Below, piece by piece: positions 1 to 10,025 of a stretch of DNA of 64,000 nucleotides (the stretch's first letter is position 1; every line of letters begins with the position of its first letter). Origin of the DNA: Epithemia pelagica (lineage: Eukaryota > Protista > Bacillariophyta); contig OX337238.1 of the NCBI GenBank assembly GCA_946965045.2, forward strand, positions 620,001 to 684,000. Reading direction: 5' to 3'. The translations under genes were made by a program, and so were the position numbers. The notes beneath the pieces were generated by a model that saw nothing but the letters and a program-made list of their open reading frames with translations, had not been told where the DNA came from and did no database searches.

Positions 1-1996
1 TGGCATGCATTTTGAGAGTCTCGTCCAACTGTTTTTGGATTTGCTCATGTTCAGCAGCCACGTTTCGGGCGCTCGCCAAGGCGCATTCCAGTTGCAACTT
101 CCATGTGGCCTTATCGTTGGCATGCTGTAATTCTGCATGACGCAATCGTGCCTGTAACTCCTTCCGCTGTTCCAATGTTTCGCGATACACAGCTTCTACA
201 TCTGCAATTGGTTCATCCAAGGCTCTCAACTCTTCTTGATACATCTTCCTCATTTCTTTGGCCCCCTTCCTCTTGGCCTCCTTAACCTTGGCACGCGATG
301 ATTCGAGTTCACGTTGAAGATGACTATATTCTCCCTGCAATTCATTCAAAAGGGAGAGCGCCTCGTCGCGTTCCTTCCTGGTCTGGTCAAGTCTACCTTT
401 TAGTTTGTTCGAACCGTCGTGTCCGCCATCCTGATTATCTTTCTCCATGAGGAGCTGGTCTCGTTCCTCCGTTAACCGTCGAGAGTCATCCTTTAGCGCT
501 GCGAGTTGTCTTTGCCAGGACTGTAAATCCGCCGAATAGCGACTTTCAATAACATCCAGCCGACGCAGCCACTCTCGCTTCTCTTGCGAGAATTCGTGCT
601 GTGTTTGTTCCAAACGCTGCTGAAGTATAGAGGCTTGGATTGGATTGGACTGGTTCGCCTCATTCGTTGATTCCGCATAATACGTAGGCAGGTCGTTGGG
701 GGCAGAAGAGGACGAGCCATTGTCTGTCGACGCATGGGTCGTTACGGTAATACTTTCTCCTCCCGTGGTTGTTCCACCTCCACCACTCATGTTGTTGTAC
801 GAGTCACGTTGGTTCTGCGAATGAGAATGTCGTTGTTCCACCGATGCGCGTTGTTCCAGAAGCTGTAATCGCTCGGACAGATTTTCACGAAGCTCTGCTT
901 TATAATGCTGTGATTTAGCCTTTGCCTTTTGAAGGTCTCGCTTCAACTGTGATGTTTCCTGTTCTCGCCGGTGCTCAATGTCTTCCATCATAGACAACCA
1001 ACGCTTGCTCTCCTCCGGATTCGTGCAGTGCATTCCATTGGTGGCACATGGTATAGTGGAGGGTGATTGAAGCAAATATTCATAGGCTTTGGAATTGCTA
1101 TCCATGGCTGCTCGTAACATGAGGAGCGATGCGCTCAAACACGCTTCATTTTCTTCTCGTGCAGGAGAAAAAACAGGAACAGACAAGCCTGGAGGTTGTT
1201 GCTTCGATTGGTCGGGTGTTTCAGAGCGCTCTCGTTCAGAAGAGGCTGAAGTGGTGGATGTCTGTGTACGAACCAACTGAGGAACTTGGTCATCAATCGT
1301 ACCATATGTTTCCATGGCTGCTCTCGACGGTGATTCTCCCAAATGGTTCATGTTTCCTGGAGGAGGTGGCGGTGGTGGTGGAGGTGGTGATTGTTCGTGC
1401 AATTTCTTGGAAGATGAAATCGATGACATGTGCACAGCAGATTGGCGAAGTTGCTCCATCATTGGACTAGAACGTGAAGTTGTTGTTGGCGTGTTGTTGA
1501 TACTGTGGTTATTGTTCCCCTGACCGGACCTCATCTTCATCTTGGATGAGGAAGAAGAAGGAGAGGCACGTTGTCGTCGTCTCTGGTCTTTGCTCGCCCA
1601 AGCGGACGTCGTTCCGGGGGATGTGCGCCATGGTTTGGACGAGGACCGTGCTTTGGCAGAAGACGAAGAGGACGAGGAAGATGAGGGAGACCGCTTTTTG
1701 CTGGAACTTGTTCGATTGGAAGCAGCCGGAGTCTTTGGTAAAGTGGAAGGACCGCTATTGGAAGCACGGTGCGATGTTTCGCCGCTGCCAAAGGATCTTG
1801 ACGCCCGTTCTCTTCGTTTGGCCATGGCGGTGGATGAAACACCGGGTGGCGATTGTCGTTGTTGTTGAAAGCCTGAGGAATCCTCTGCACTCTGCCGTCG
1901 ATCACCCAAAGCCCCTGCTGGTGAAGGAGACTGGCGTTGCATTCCCAAATTTTTGGTGGGAGGAGATGGAGTACCAAAGGCAGTGATGTTGGCCAT
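1..1996 (-). CDS. Partial (3'-truncated by window edge) coiled-coil protein with Ser/Pro-rich N-terminus and a decaproline run, >=665 aa
   Basis: Hand translation from ATG at 1996 (MANITAFGTPSPP...) stays open to base 2 with no stop, which is why the ORF track omits it. Poly-P at ~1360-1390; heptad-rich E/K/Q/L region from ~990 to the edge. Confidence 0.8.
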   Translation of the reverse strand, partial: MANITAFGTPSPPTKNLGMQRQSPSPAGALGDRRQSAEDSSGFQQQRQSPPGVSSTAMAKRRERASRSFGSGETSHRASNSGPSTLPKTPAASNRTSSSKKRSPSSSSSSSSSAKARSSSKPWRTSPGTTSAWASKDQRRRQRASPSSSSSKMKMRSGQGNNNHSINNTPTTTSRSSPMMEQLRQSAVHMSSISSSKKLHEQSPPPPPPPPPPGNMNHLGESPSRAAMETYGTIDDQVPQLVRTQTSTTSASSERERSETPDQSKQQPPGLSVPVFSPAREENEACLSASLLMLRAAMDSNSKAYEYLLQSPSTIPCATNGMHCTNPEESKRWLSMMEDIEHRREQETSQLKRDLQKAKAKSQHYKAELRENLSERLQLLEQRASVEQRHSHSQNQRDSYNNMSGGGGTTTGGESITVTTHASTDNGSSSSAPNDLPTYYAESTNEANQSNPIQASILQQRLEQTQHEFSQEKREWLRRLDVIESRYSADLQSWQRQLAALKDDSRRLTEERDQLLMEKDNQDGGHDGSNKLKGRLDQTRKERDEALSLLNELQGEYSHLQRELESSRAKVKEAKRKGAKEMRKMYQEELRALDEPIADVEAVYRETLEQRKELQARLRHAELQHANDKATWKLQLECALASARNVAAEHEQIQKQLDETLKMHA

Positions 1997-2562
1997 GGTT
2001 GTTGTTGGTTATGTTTCTCTACCCTCACAAATGTTGGAGGATCTGTTTTTTCGCGGCAGAATTCTTGGAGCGCGCCACAAACATAGGAGAGGAGTTTTGA
2101 TAAAAATCAAAACCCATCGGAAATTTCCACCTCTGTGGTGCGTTTCACTTCCGATTTCCAAAATTTTTCAGATCCACAGGCCACTCTGATTCGTAGATCG
2201 CATGTCTCTCTACCTGTCGTCCACAGCATCTGACAATACTCATCAATGCCACGTACACTATCACAAAGTGTACTACTCTTTGATTGACACTAATAAATCA
2301 GCGATGGTGTGAGAGCGCGCGATGTCACCCTTTCACAACGGAAAGATAACGGAGATTTGTCGCGCCGACTGAACTTTGGTTTGTCACATCCTTACGATTG
2401 TCACGTTGCGGAACGCACGCCGTTCCTAAAGCGTTATACCCGCAGTTATACTGCCTTGCGGCCCATGTTATTGAAGTCCAACAACAACTGCCCAACAGAC
2501 ACCCATGCAACAAAAGCAAGGACAAAAGGTATCTAGAGAGAAAGAAGCAAGAGCAGCAGAAG

Positions 2563-4269
2563 ATGTCAGAAGAAGGAGGATCATGGAAGTCCCTTTCGTT
2601 GCTAAGCAACGACGATAACGGAAGCTCAGACCATGAAAGAGAGGATACAGATGGAGGAGGCAGATTGCAGGTGATGCATCGGGCTCACTCGGACCCACTT
2701 CCATCCTTGCACCTCAATGGCGGAAAACTGGAAAGAACACAAGGCCACGGTGGTTCGTCCGTGCTTTTTCAAACTGCCAATTGCGCCATTCTGGACGAAC
2801 TCAACTTTTGGAGAGATGCTCAAGACAATGATCAATGGTCCGACTTGGAGGAGGACAATGACGAGAAATCTCAACCACAGGAGCATCCAGACGACGACGA
2901 AGAAGAAGATGCCAAAGAGGAGGATGAAGCGAGTTTTGGTATGGATTGGTCTCCGCAAGCGAGACATCCCGACGAACTTTCCATAGCCAGGAAACAGATT
3001 GAGATTGCTAGCAGCAACTCATACACCGACGAGACCTGCTCATCCAATGACGAGATGCCGTTGGACGAAAATAGTCCCTGTCAAAGTCGTGAAGCGTCTA
3101 ATTTCACCCTCCATCACATTATCGAGAAAGTTCCCTCCTCCCCCTTCATGTCAACCGAAGACAAGGCATTGAAGAAGGATCCCGAGTCAAGACATGGGAA
3201 ACAAGATTGTATAGCGTTTTCCTTGAGTGTTTTGTTGTTGATTGCACTTTCGTTGACATGGCAAACGTTGTGCATGGTCTATTCACCCTCTTCGCTCACG
3301 CAAGATTCAACAGCATCTCGTCAAGATTCCTTGGATATGAACCTATCGAACCAACCCATACCCTGCAATAACACTACAGATTCATCAGATAAAGAATCGA
3401 CCTCGGCTTTGCCAACAATACTGAATGAGGGGAGCAACACAGAATCCTTTCAAACCCATGTGTTCACCAGCGTTCTCCCTGACATATTCCATTCTGAATC
3501 AAGAAGACCCCGATTGCAGCTTACAACGGAAAAGACTCAGGATACCTCAACGTTATGGAACAGCTCATCACCACTGTTGCAGCGGTTGAGGACACCCGCA
3601 AGAACTCATCAATACTGGGACAAAAGCATCGCACAAAACAAAAGTACTCCAAAACGAAACGTCAAGTCCGCTTTCGTAGACCCTGGGAACTCTCCTGTGC
3701 CTGAGTTGGATGGTACAGAACCGGACTCGAATTCTTATTCCAGTCTCTTTTTGTCCTCCAGCCGAAACAGTATTGCAAACAGTTCCATCGGTCTTGCGAC
3801 TCGACTTGCGTTTGTGACCTTATCCATGAAACCACAGAGAGAGTCTCGTGCCTTTTCATTGGCGGATGAATGGTTGGGCCAGTGTGGCCATGGCGATCGA
3901 ATGGGAGGTACGTATGGACGCTCGTTTGGAGTTCGACCAGTCACCTCCTGTACAAGGATGGTAAGCATTCGAGAGCAAGAGAAACCGAATCTCCCGACGG
4001 TTACAGAATGGTCTCGAATGTCTAAGGATGTGGACGCATCCCTGCAACTCGTCAATCAGTTTTGGAATCGGGAGGCACTGGAAAGTGGTAGCTGGAATTT
4101 CGACGAAGAGGGAGAAGAGTTGCGTCCGAAGGACAATATTGTCAAAACATTTCGTCGAATGGACGCGAAGAAATGGTCTCGTGTCAGCCTCTTTATGAGA
4201 CATGACAAGAGAGTCCACAACACGCTAGGGACCACAACGGATTCCATTTTACAATTGATGGACGAATGA
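2563..4269 (+). CDS. Hypothetical protein, acidic/disordered, with one predicted TM segment (568 aa)
   Basis: Long ORF (track 2398-4269); most plausible ATG is 2563 (MSEEGGSW). Hydrophobic stretch IAFSLSVLLLIALSLTWQTLCMVY. Divergent from the 1996(-) gene. Confidence 0.65.
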   Translation: MSEEGGSWKSLSLLSNDDNGSSDHEREDTDGGGRLQVMHRAHSDPLPSLHLNGGKLERTQGHGGSSVLFQTANCAILDELNFWRDAQDNDQWSDLEEDNDEKSQPQEHPDDDEEEDAKEEDEASFGMDWSPQARHPDELSIARKQIEIASSNSYTDETCSSNDEMPLDENSPCQSREASNFTLHHIIEKVPSSPFMSTEDKALKKDPESRHGKQDCIAFSLSVLLLIALSLTWQTLCMVYSPSSLTQDSTASRQDSLDMNLSNQPIPCNNTTDSSDKESTSALPTILNEGSNTESFQTHVFTSVLPDIFHSESRRPRLQLTTEKTQDTSTLWNSSSPLLQRLRTPARTHQYWDKSIAQNKSTPKRNVKSAFVDPGNSPVPELDGTEPDSNSYSSLFLSSSRNSIANSSIGLATRLAFVTLSMKPQRESRAFSLADEWLGQCGHGDRMGGTYGRSFGVRPVTSCTRMVSIREQEKPNLPTVTEWSRMSKDVDASLQLVNQFWNREALESGSWNFDEEGEELRPKDNIVKTFRRMDAKKWSRVSLFMRHDKRVHNTLGTTTDSILQLMDE

Positions 4270-4549
4270 TTGACTTGCTTCAAATCTCTTTGCACTGACG
4301 GTACATGAAGGAAACCAGGATACTGTGGAACTTTGAGACACTTTTGAGGGGAATGGTTGTTTAAAAGGAAACATACTCCTTGTTATACCTGATAGAAGTA
4401 ACTCTATAGACAAGGCTCTGTTATCGATTCATTATACATCGTCGATTAGGGCAACCCTACAATTCAAGACTTTCCCCAAACTTAGTTGGGTATGTATCTG
4501 GTAGCAAACATGTACAGCTTCTAATAAGCTTAAGAGGTTATTCATCTAT

Positions 4550-5660
4550 TTATACAAATGCGAGACCGATCCATACGGTTCCAATGACCATGGCGAGTAC
4601 GGACGAGCAAAGACTAAACTTTTGTGGAATATCAGGGCGTTGAAAGAATTGACCCGCCTTTCGGGTGCCTTCACCCACCAAAGTAGTGACAATGGCCATG
4701 GCTGCAATGGTTCCAGCGGCATAGGCCGACAAAAAGGCCAAATTCCCACTCCACGTGGCCACGGCCAAGGAAGGAGCCAGCGATGGCGCTCCGTCCCAGG
4801 AGAATCCATGCAACAAGCCGTTAAAGATCACGGCTCCTTTGGTACCACTCTTGGCACCGACATCGGTCGCCGCCGCCGACAAGGATTGTGGCATGACCCC
4901 ACTAATTTCCTCCTCCCATTCACGGGCTTCCCGAATTCCCAAGATGCCAATCACAATGAGCGACAATCCCAAGGCAATTTCTGTGACATGCGACGCACCC
5001 GACAACATGGTTCGCAAAATGGCACTGTTCGGGTTGTTGCTCTGAAAAGTGGACTTGAGTGCAAAGGCACTCGCTCCTAGAATCGTGGCGGCAATACCAT
5101 GTCCCATTCCCCACAGGGCACCCACTGGACCCGCACGATACCATCGTTGACCACTACATCGAGGCAAGAGAGCGGCCAAATGGTCAGGACCTGTGTAGTG
5201 TCGTTGTCAAGACAACAGTTTTGTGTGAATTTTAGCAAGTTCCCCCAAGTCCCCAACAAGGACAACCGAGACACAAACGCAATCGCCACATTCGTGAGAG
5301 ACATGTTCCATCGAGAGCGAGCTAACCTGTAGACCAGACAACGAACTTACCTGCAATCGCATGAAGACCACCTGCAAAGAAGCCACCCGAAATTGCACCC
5401 GCCAAGGTTGCCATGGCTGGGGTTGAGAGATTCAAGCGTGTGGATGGTGTGGACCGTGTTCTTGGCGATGCGGTCGTGCGTCTCCGTCTAAACAAGGATC
5501 CATCACGTTGTGTATCTTGACGACCAACCGATACCAGTCTCGAGCGCTCACTGTATAGGTTGTTATTGCTGTGTCTCGTCTGGACGGAGGGAGCAAACGC
5601 CATGATTTCCAGCGATGCCATTGAAAGAAGGAACAGGACAGCCAATAGTTGCATCTTCAT
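4550..5660 (-). CDS. Plastid-targeted UreH/NiCoT-like (plant CGF-like) putative Ni/Co transporter, 2 exons join(5660..5351,5190..4550), 316 aa
   Basis: Donor gtaagt at 5350 and acceptor cacag at 5191 join HAIAG to PDHLAALLP, giving an HX5DH motif. GxGHG and GLLHG motifs and about 6 TM segments present. Signal peptide followed by MAFAP fits the diatom plastid bipartite leader. Confidence 0.8.
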
Positions 5661-6605
5661 TTTTCCAGATTCGAATAGTTCAACTTTTGCTTTTGTTTCG
5701 CCCCGAAGAATGGATATGAAATCGGCGTGGGTGTGCTTGGTGGTGGTCCTCCTTTTTTGTTCGGTGGCAGGGTTTTCGTGGTGGAGCGAGTCTGTTGTGG
5801 TGGTGGTTGGTGGTGGTGAAAGGTTCGTTCATCGAAAAAGAGATTCGCGTTGTGCAAGTTGCAACGAAAACGACAACACGTTGCACCCGCAACCGTCACC
5901 CATCGCTTTCGCAGTCGTCCGTCAGCCGTATCGTCGCTGCTTGAACCACATCTGGCCCGGGAGATGTTTTTGTGTGAAGGTTCCACCGACCAACCAACGT
6001 CAGCGAGCGTGCGTCTCCTGTGCGATTCAAAAACGACTTCTCCTACGACAAAATGAGCTATGGTGGCTACCACATGCGATGCGAATGCGAAGTTTTATGT
6101 GAAGATGGGGGAGCATGGCACATGGAGCATACTCCTACTAGATGATTGATGGTCGAAAATACGAAGTCGAAAGTCGAAGCAAGTTGTCTCAACAGCAAGA
6201 TAAAATCAGAATGATGACCAAACCGGTGGTGCTCTCTTCTGAACGCGACAGTCTCTAGAGAATGGGCAAGTTCATTTGGGCAAAAGTTTCTAGTAGAAGT
6301 TTAACGTTTCATTCATGCAGCTAGTCATTTCTATCATTTGGACAATTCACAATCGTTTTTCTCGTTTCATATAGTTGTTTGACAGAACAAGCCAATTTTC
6401 ATGCTCCTCACACGTGACTGCAGCAGCCCAGAACGACAGGTATCTTGGGAAGGCAACCAACTCACGGAAGCACGAGTTTGACGGGGGAATAGGAACAATG
6501 TAATTCAGAAAAGTTGTCATTTTGTCTTGTCAAAACCCGAACGAATCTAACGACACAAACAGATATCGAGTATTGACAGGACATGGACCGGTACACGAGA
6601 AAAAG

Positions 6606-7223
6606 CTAGCCCGATGGCTCTTTCTCTTCCTCGCCCGTTCCGTCTGTATCCGGTACACTCTTGTTTTCGGCCCTCTCGGCCTTCTCCACCGCTTTTGACA
6701 AGGCAAGCAGTTCTACTGACTCTTCCTCATTCAGCATTGATCTCCTTGGACTTTCCAAGAAACGAATCAACAAAATCAGTGTCAATGATTTTCCAGTGGC
6801 ATTATGCCATTGCCATACATAAACATCCATGGTAAAATCCTTGCGTTCCGCTCGAAGAATCTGATTCATAGCTTTGATCCACCCCTTCTTGAGCTTGGAT
6901 TGCATATCTTTAATTGTTTGGTCGTCGTCGGGTAACAACCCACAGCAAAAGGTGGCTTTGGGCACATTTTCACAGGCTTCAATGAATCCCTCCCGCCATT
7001 TGCGCTCGTTCCAAAATTCCAGCGCTTGATCAAATAGTTCTTCCTTGCCCTGGACATGACGAGGAGTGTATTCTCCTCGCAGCTCCAAATCAGGCTCGGA
7101 CGGAATTTCCAATGCACCCACGACACCCTTATCTTGCCATTTGTAGTCGCTATTTTCTCGGGTACTGATCATGTACTTCTTTCCAGCGGGAACGTCTTCC
7201 GATTCACCCAGTAACTTTCCCAT
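6606..7223 (-). CDS. Hypothetical protein (205 aa); possible 5' intron just upstream of the ATG
   Basis: Clean ORF with globular composition and a CC pair. ttacag acceptor 6 nt upstream of the ATG. Confidence 0.65.
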   Translation of the reverse strand: MGKLLGESEDVPAGKKYMISTRENSDYKWQDKGVVGALEIPSEPDLELRGEYTPRHVQGKEELFDQALEFWNERKWREGFIEACENVPKATFCCGLLPDDDQTIKDMQSKLKKGWIKAMNQILRAERKDFTMDVYVWQWHNATGKSLTLILLIRFLESPRRSMLNEEESVELLALSKAVEKAERAENKSVPDTDGTGEEEKEPSG

Positions 7224-7861
7224 GTTTCCTGTAAGTTGCTAGACGCAGCAGCAAAATGCAAACAGCAAACCTCCTTCTTGTCTGCTCAAACGGATGATTT
7301 GTCGTTTGGTCGGTTGCGTCGAAGATATCTGAACGGTGGAAGTGTGGAGAAAGCCCGGCTCCTCGATTTCTCGATGTCTTTTGATCAAACGACGAACAAC
7401 CGGAAACCGAACAGAAAAAAGGTCCACACGAAAAGTTAACAGTTGTAGTGCAGCAGGCCAGACGGCCGGCGCATGACTCGCAAGCGGTACAAAAAAGAAG
7501 TCTACGACATCGAAATAGAGCACTATGATTGGATGAGAAGTATACATTTATGTCGGGATTCTGTTTCAGAAAAGACTGTACAGCTTCTTGTTGATGTATA
7601 AAAACACTGTAGGCAATAATAATAGTAAAAACCGGGAATGACAAGGACAAGCCCCATCGCCCATCACGGTGTATCAGGGACACTTGTCTTCTGTCTTCTG
7701 GTGATTAACAGCTAATAATGTCGATGGAGATAGGAAGTAGGTAATCCTGACATGGGCCCATCCTTCCCGTTCTGACGACAAGTATCGAGGCTTATCAAAT
7801 GACAGGGTCGGTCGCACATCACACGTTGAATTGTGAGTCATTAATCGTGCGCCGTGTACTC

Positions 7862-8528
7862 ATTGAAAGGGCATAAGGAAAAAATAAGAAGCCGTCTGCT
7901 CCACATCAGTCACGCATGGCATGCAGTCACGGCTACTGACCGAGGATCGACGAATGTCTCGCCATGACCATGATGGTTGTGTTGTGTACAACGGGAATGG
8001 CATATTGACACAGAGGGTACAAGGTCTCCCAGAAACCAGAACTGACGCGTCGAGGTTCTCTTTGACAGAGATTAAGGGCTACATTTTTGTCTTATTCGAT
8101 GTTGAGGGAAAAAGCATTTTGCAAGGCCTCCTGTGCACTTGGGCGCGACGATGGATCGTCTTGGGTTAGTGTCACCTTGTGGGTGGTACCCCCTGCTCCT
8201 CATGCTGCTGCTGCTCCTCCTCCTCCTGTTCGTCGCGATATAACTTTGCCAAAGAATCCTTCGTCGCTCAAAATCAAAGTTGTTAAACTCTTCCTCTAGA
8301 GCTGGGAATCTCACTAGCCATGATCGGTAGTCCTCATCAATCGTTATTGCCAATTTGTTGTTGCTGCACAGAAAACCGGATTTTTCTGTATTCATTGAAT
8401 TGAAAGGGCATAAAAGTAAAAAATACGAAGCCGTCTTTTCTTCGGCCTTTTCCTCCACATCAGTCACGCACGGCTGACACCAACTGCAGTCGCAGTTCGT
8501 GAGCTCGTGACAATGATCGACGACAATG
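7862..8528. repeat. Diverged direct duplication, copies 7862-7956 and 8399-8528
   Basis: Shared blocks TGAAAGGGCATAA, GAAGCCGTC, CTCCACATCAGTCACGCA (7899-7916 = 8453-8470) and GATCGACGA occur in the same order, ~550 bp apart. Confidence 0.75.
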
Positions 8529-8729
8529 ATGAATCAGTCTCGCAATGGTTCGTGTTTGTGTGATGTCTTTTGCTGACTGATTTTCACAACAGGAAACAGG
8601 AGACACAAGGTCTCACGGAATCCATAACTATTGACGCAGTCGAGGACCGCGGTTCTCTTTCTTGTAACAACATCGACAGTGACATTGGAATTGACTTTGC
8701 GGAAACTCGTGCCGCTCTTTTCGACCATC

Positions 8730-9917
8730 ATGCCTATCGTTTCCACCAATCGTTGGATATACCTGTTGGTACTGTTGGGAGTATTCCATTCATTGACGAA
8801 TGTTACAGCATTTTCATGCATTGAGCATCCAACACCAACAAGAAGAACGAACCGCCTCTTTTCTACTTCCAATGAGCAAATGGGAGAAGCCGAGCGATTA
8901 TTGGAACGTGCCCGGGCCATGAGAGCCGAAATTGCGACACTCGAAGGCAAAACGGTGGATCAAGTCGAAGCAGAGGCACAGGAAAAACGCCAACAACGAC
9001 AAGATGCCGCTGCGGCAGCAGTCATCCAAAAGGAAGAACAGAAGAAACAGCAAGAAGAATGGAAAGTTGCCAATCGAAGCAATGGCAGCTTTTTGACCGT
9101 CCCCGAAACCTTTCAAGACCAAGTAACACAAGCCAAAGCTGCCGTGGAACGTGCGTATCAGGATGGCCAAACAACACAGACAATCCGATTTGCCTTGTTG
9201 CCAGAAGGAGAAATGCTAAATGAAGATCGACAATGGCCAGGAGGCGCCCAGCAAATGTATCGGTCGGCAGCTGGGCCGTTGACAAGAGAATTGCTTCGGC
9301 AACTTCGACCTAACAAAACCAACTTGGACGACATTCGACAAGCACCCACAGTCACATCCAAAGACATTTGGGATTTTGACGGATCGGCTATGATCACATC
9401 GGAGGGAAATGGTCAGAATGTGCAAGCCATGGTTCTTCCCAACACGGATGTCAAGTATGTCAAGGACATTGGCGACCTCCGCCGCAAACAGGAACAGCAG
9501 TCGTCATTGGTAGATCAAGAGGGAGAATCGAATGGCTCAGGTCTGTTCGTATTGGTAAATCCCTTTTGGCGCAATGTCGATTCGTGGGGCTTCAACTTGT
9601 TGGCACCGAATGCCAAAAACCTGGCACAACAAGAAATCTTTGACGACGGCTTGTTCCCTGAAACCTACGTCTTGCTGCAGAAAAGCGTGCGAGGAGAGGA
9701 TTGCATTGCCCTCAAGGCCTATCCCTACGATTGGCAACTCTATGCCTATGCCGATAACTATGAATACTATGGTGGAGGATCGTATGTGGTACGGTTAGGA
9801 TCCACCAAAGACGAACCCACCGCGTCAGACTTTGCCAAACTGTTGGACCAACGTGACGAATTCAAACTCAGCAAAAACATGAGACAGATGCAACGAATGC
9901 TAAACCGAGACCAATAG
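8730..9917 (+). CDS. Plastid-targeted DUF1995-like protein (395 aa)
   Basis: ATG 8730; signal peptide ending VTA-F; QAKAAVERAYQDG...IRFAL, WPGG and LVNPFW motifs recalled from DUF1995/LPA3-like proteins. Confidence 0.7.
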   Translation: MPIVSTNRWIYLLVLLGVFHSLTNVTAFSCIEHPTPTRRTNRLFSTSNEQMGEAERLLERARAMRAEIATLEGKTVDQVEAEAQEKRQQRQDAAAAAVIQKEEQKKQQEEWKVANRSNGSFLTVPETFQDQVTQAKAAVERAYQDGQTTQTIRFALLPEGEMLNEDRQWPGGAQQMYRSAAGPLTRELLRQLRPNKTNLDDIRQAPTVTSKDIWDFDGSAMITSEGNGQNVQAMVLPNTDVKYVKDIGDLRRKQEQQSSLVDQEGESNGSGLFVLVNPFWRNVDSWGFNLLAPNAKNLAQQEIFDDGLFPETYVLLQKSVRGEDCIALKAYPYDWQLYAYADNYEYYGGGSYVVRLGSTKDEPTASDFAKLLDQRDEFKLSKNMRQMQRMLNRDQ

Positions 9918-10025
9918 ATCGTGTACTTACGAAATACTGCTAGATAGCCGGATACAATAATCCATGTCTAAAGAAATCCAATGCTTACAAGATTAATGTA
10001 TCTCAGCTGTAGCGTTTTCATCTAT

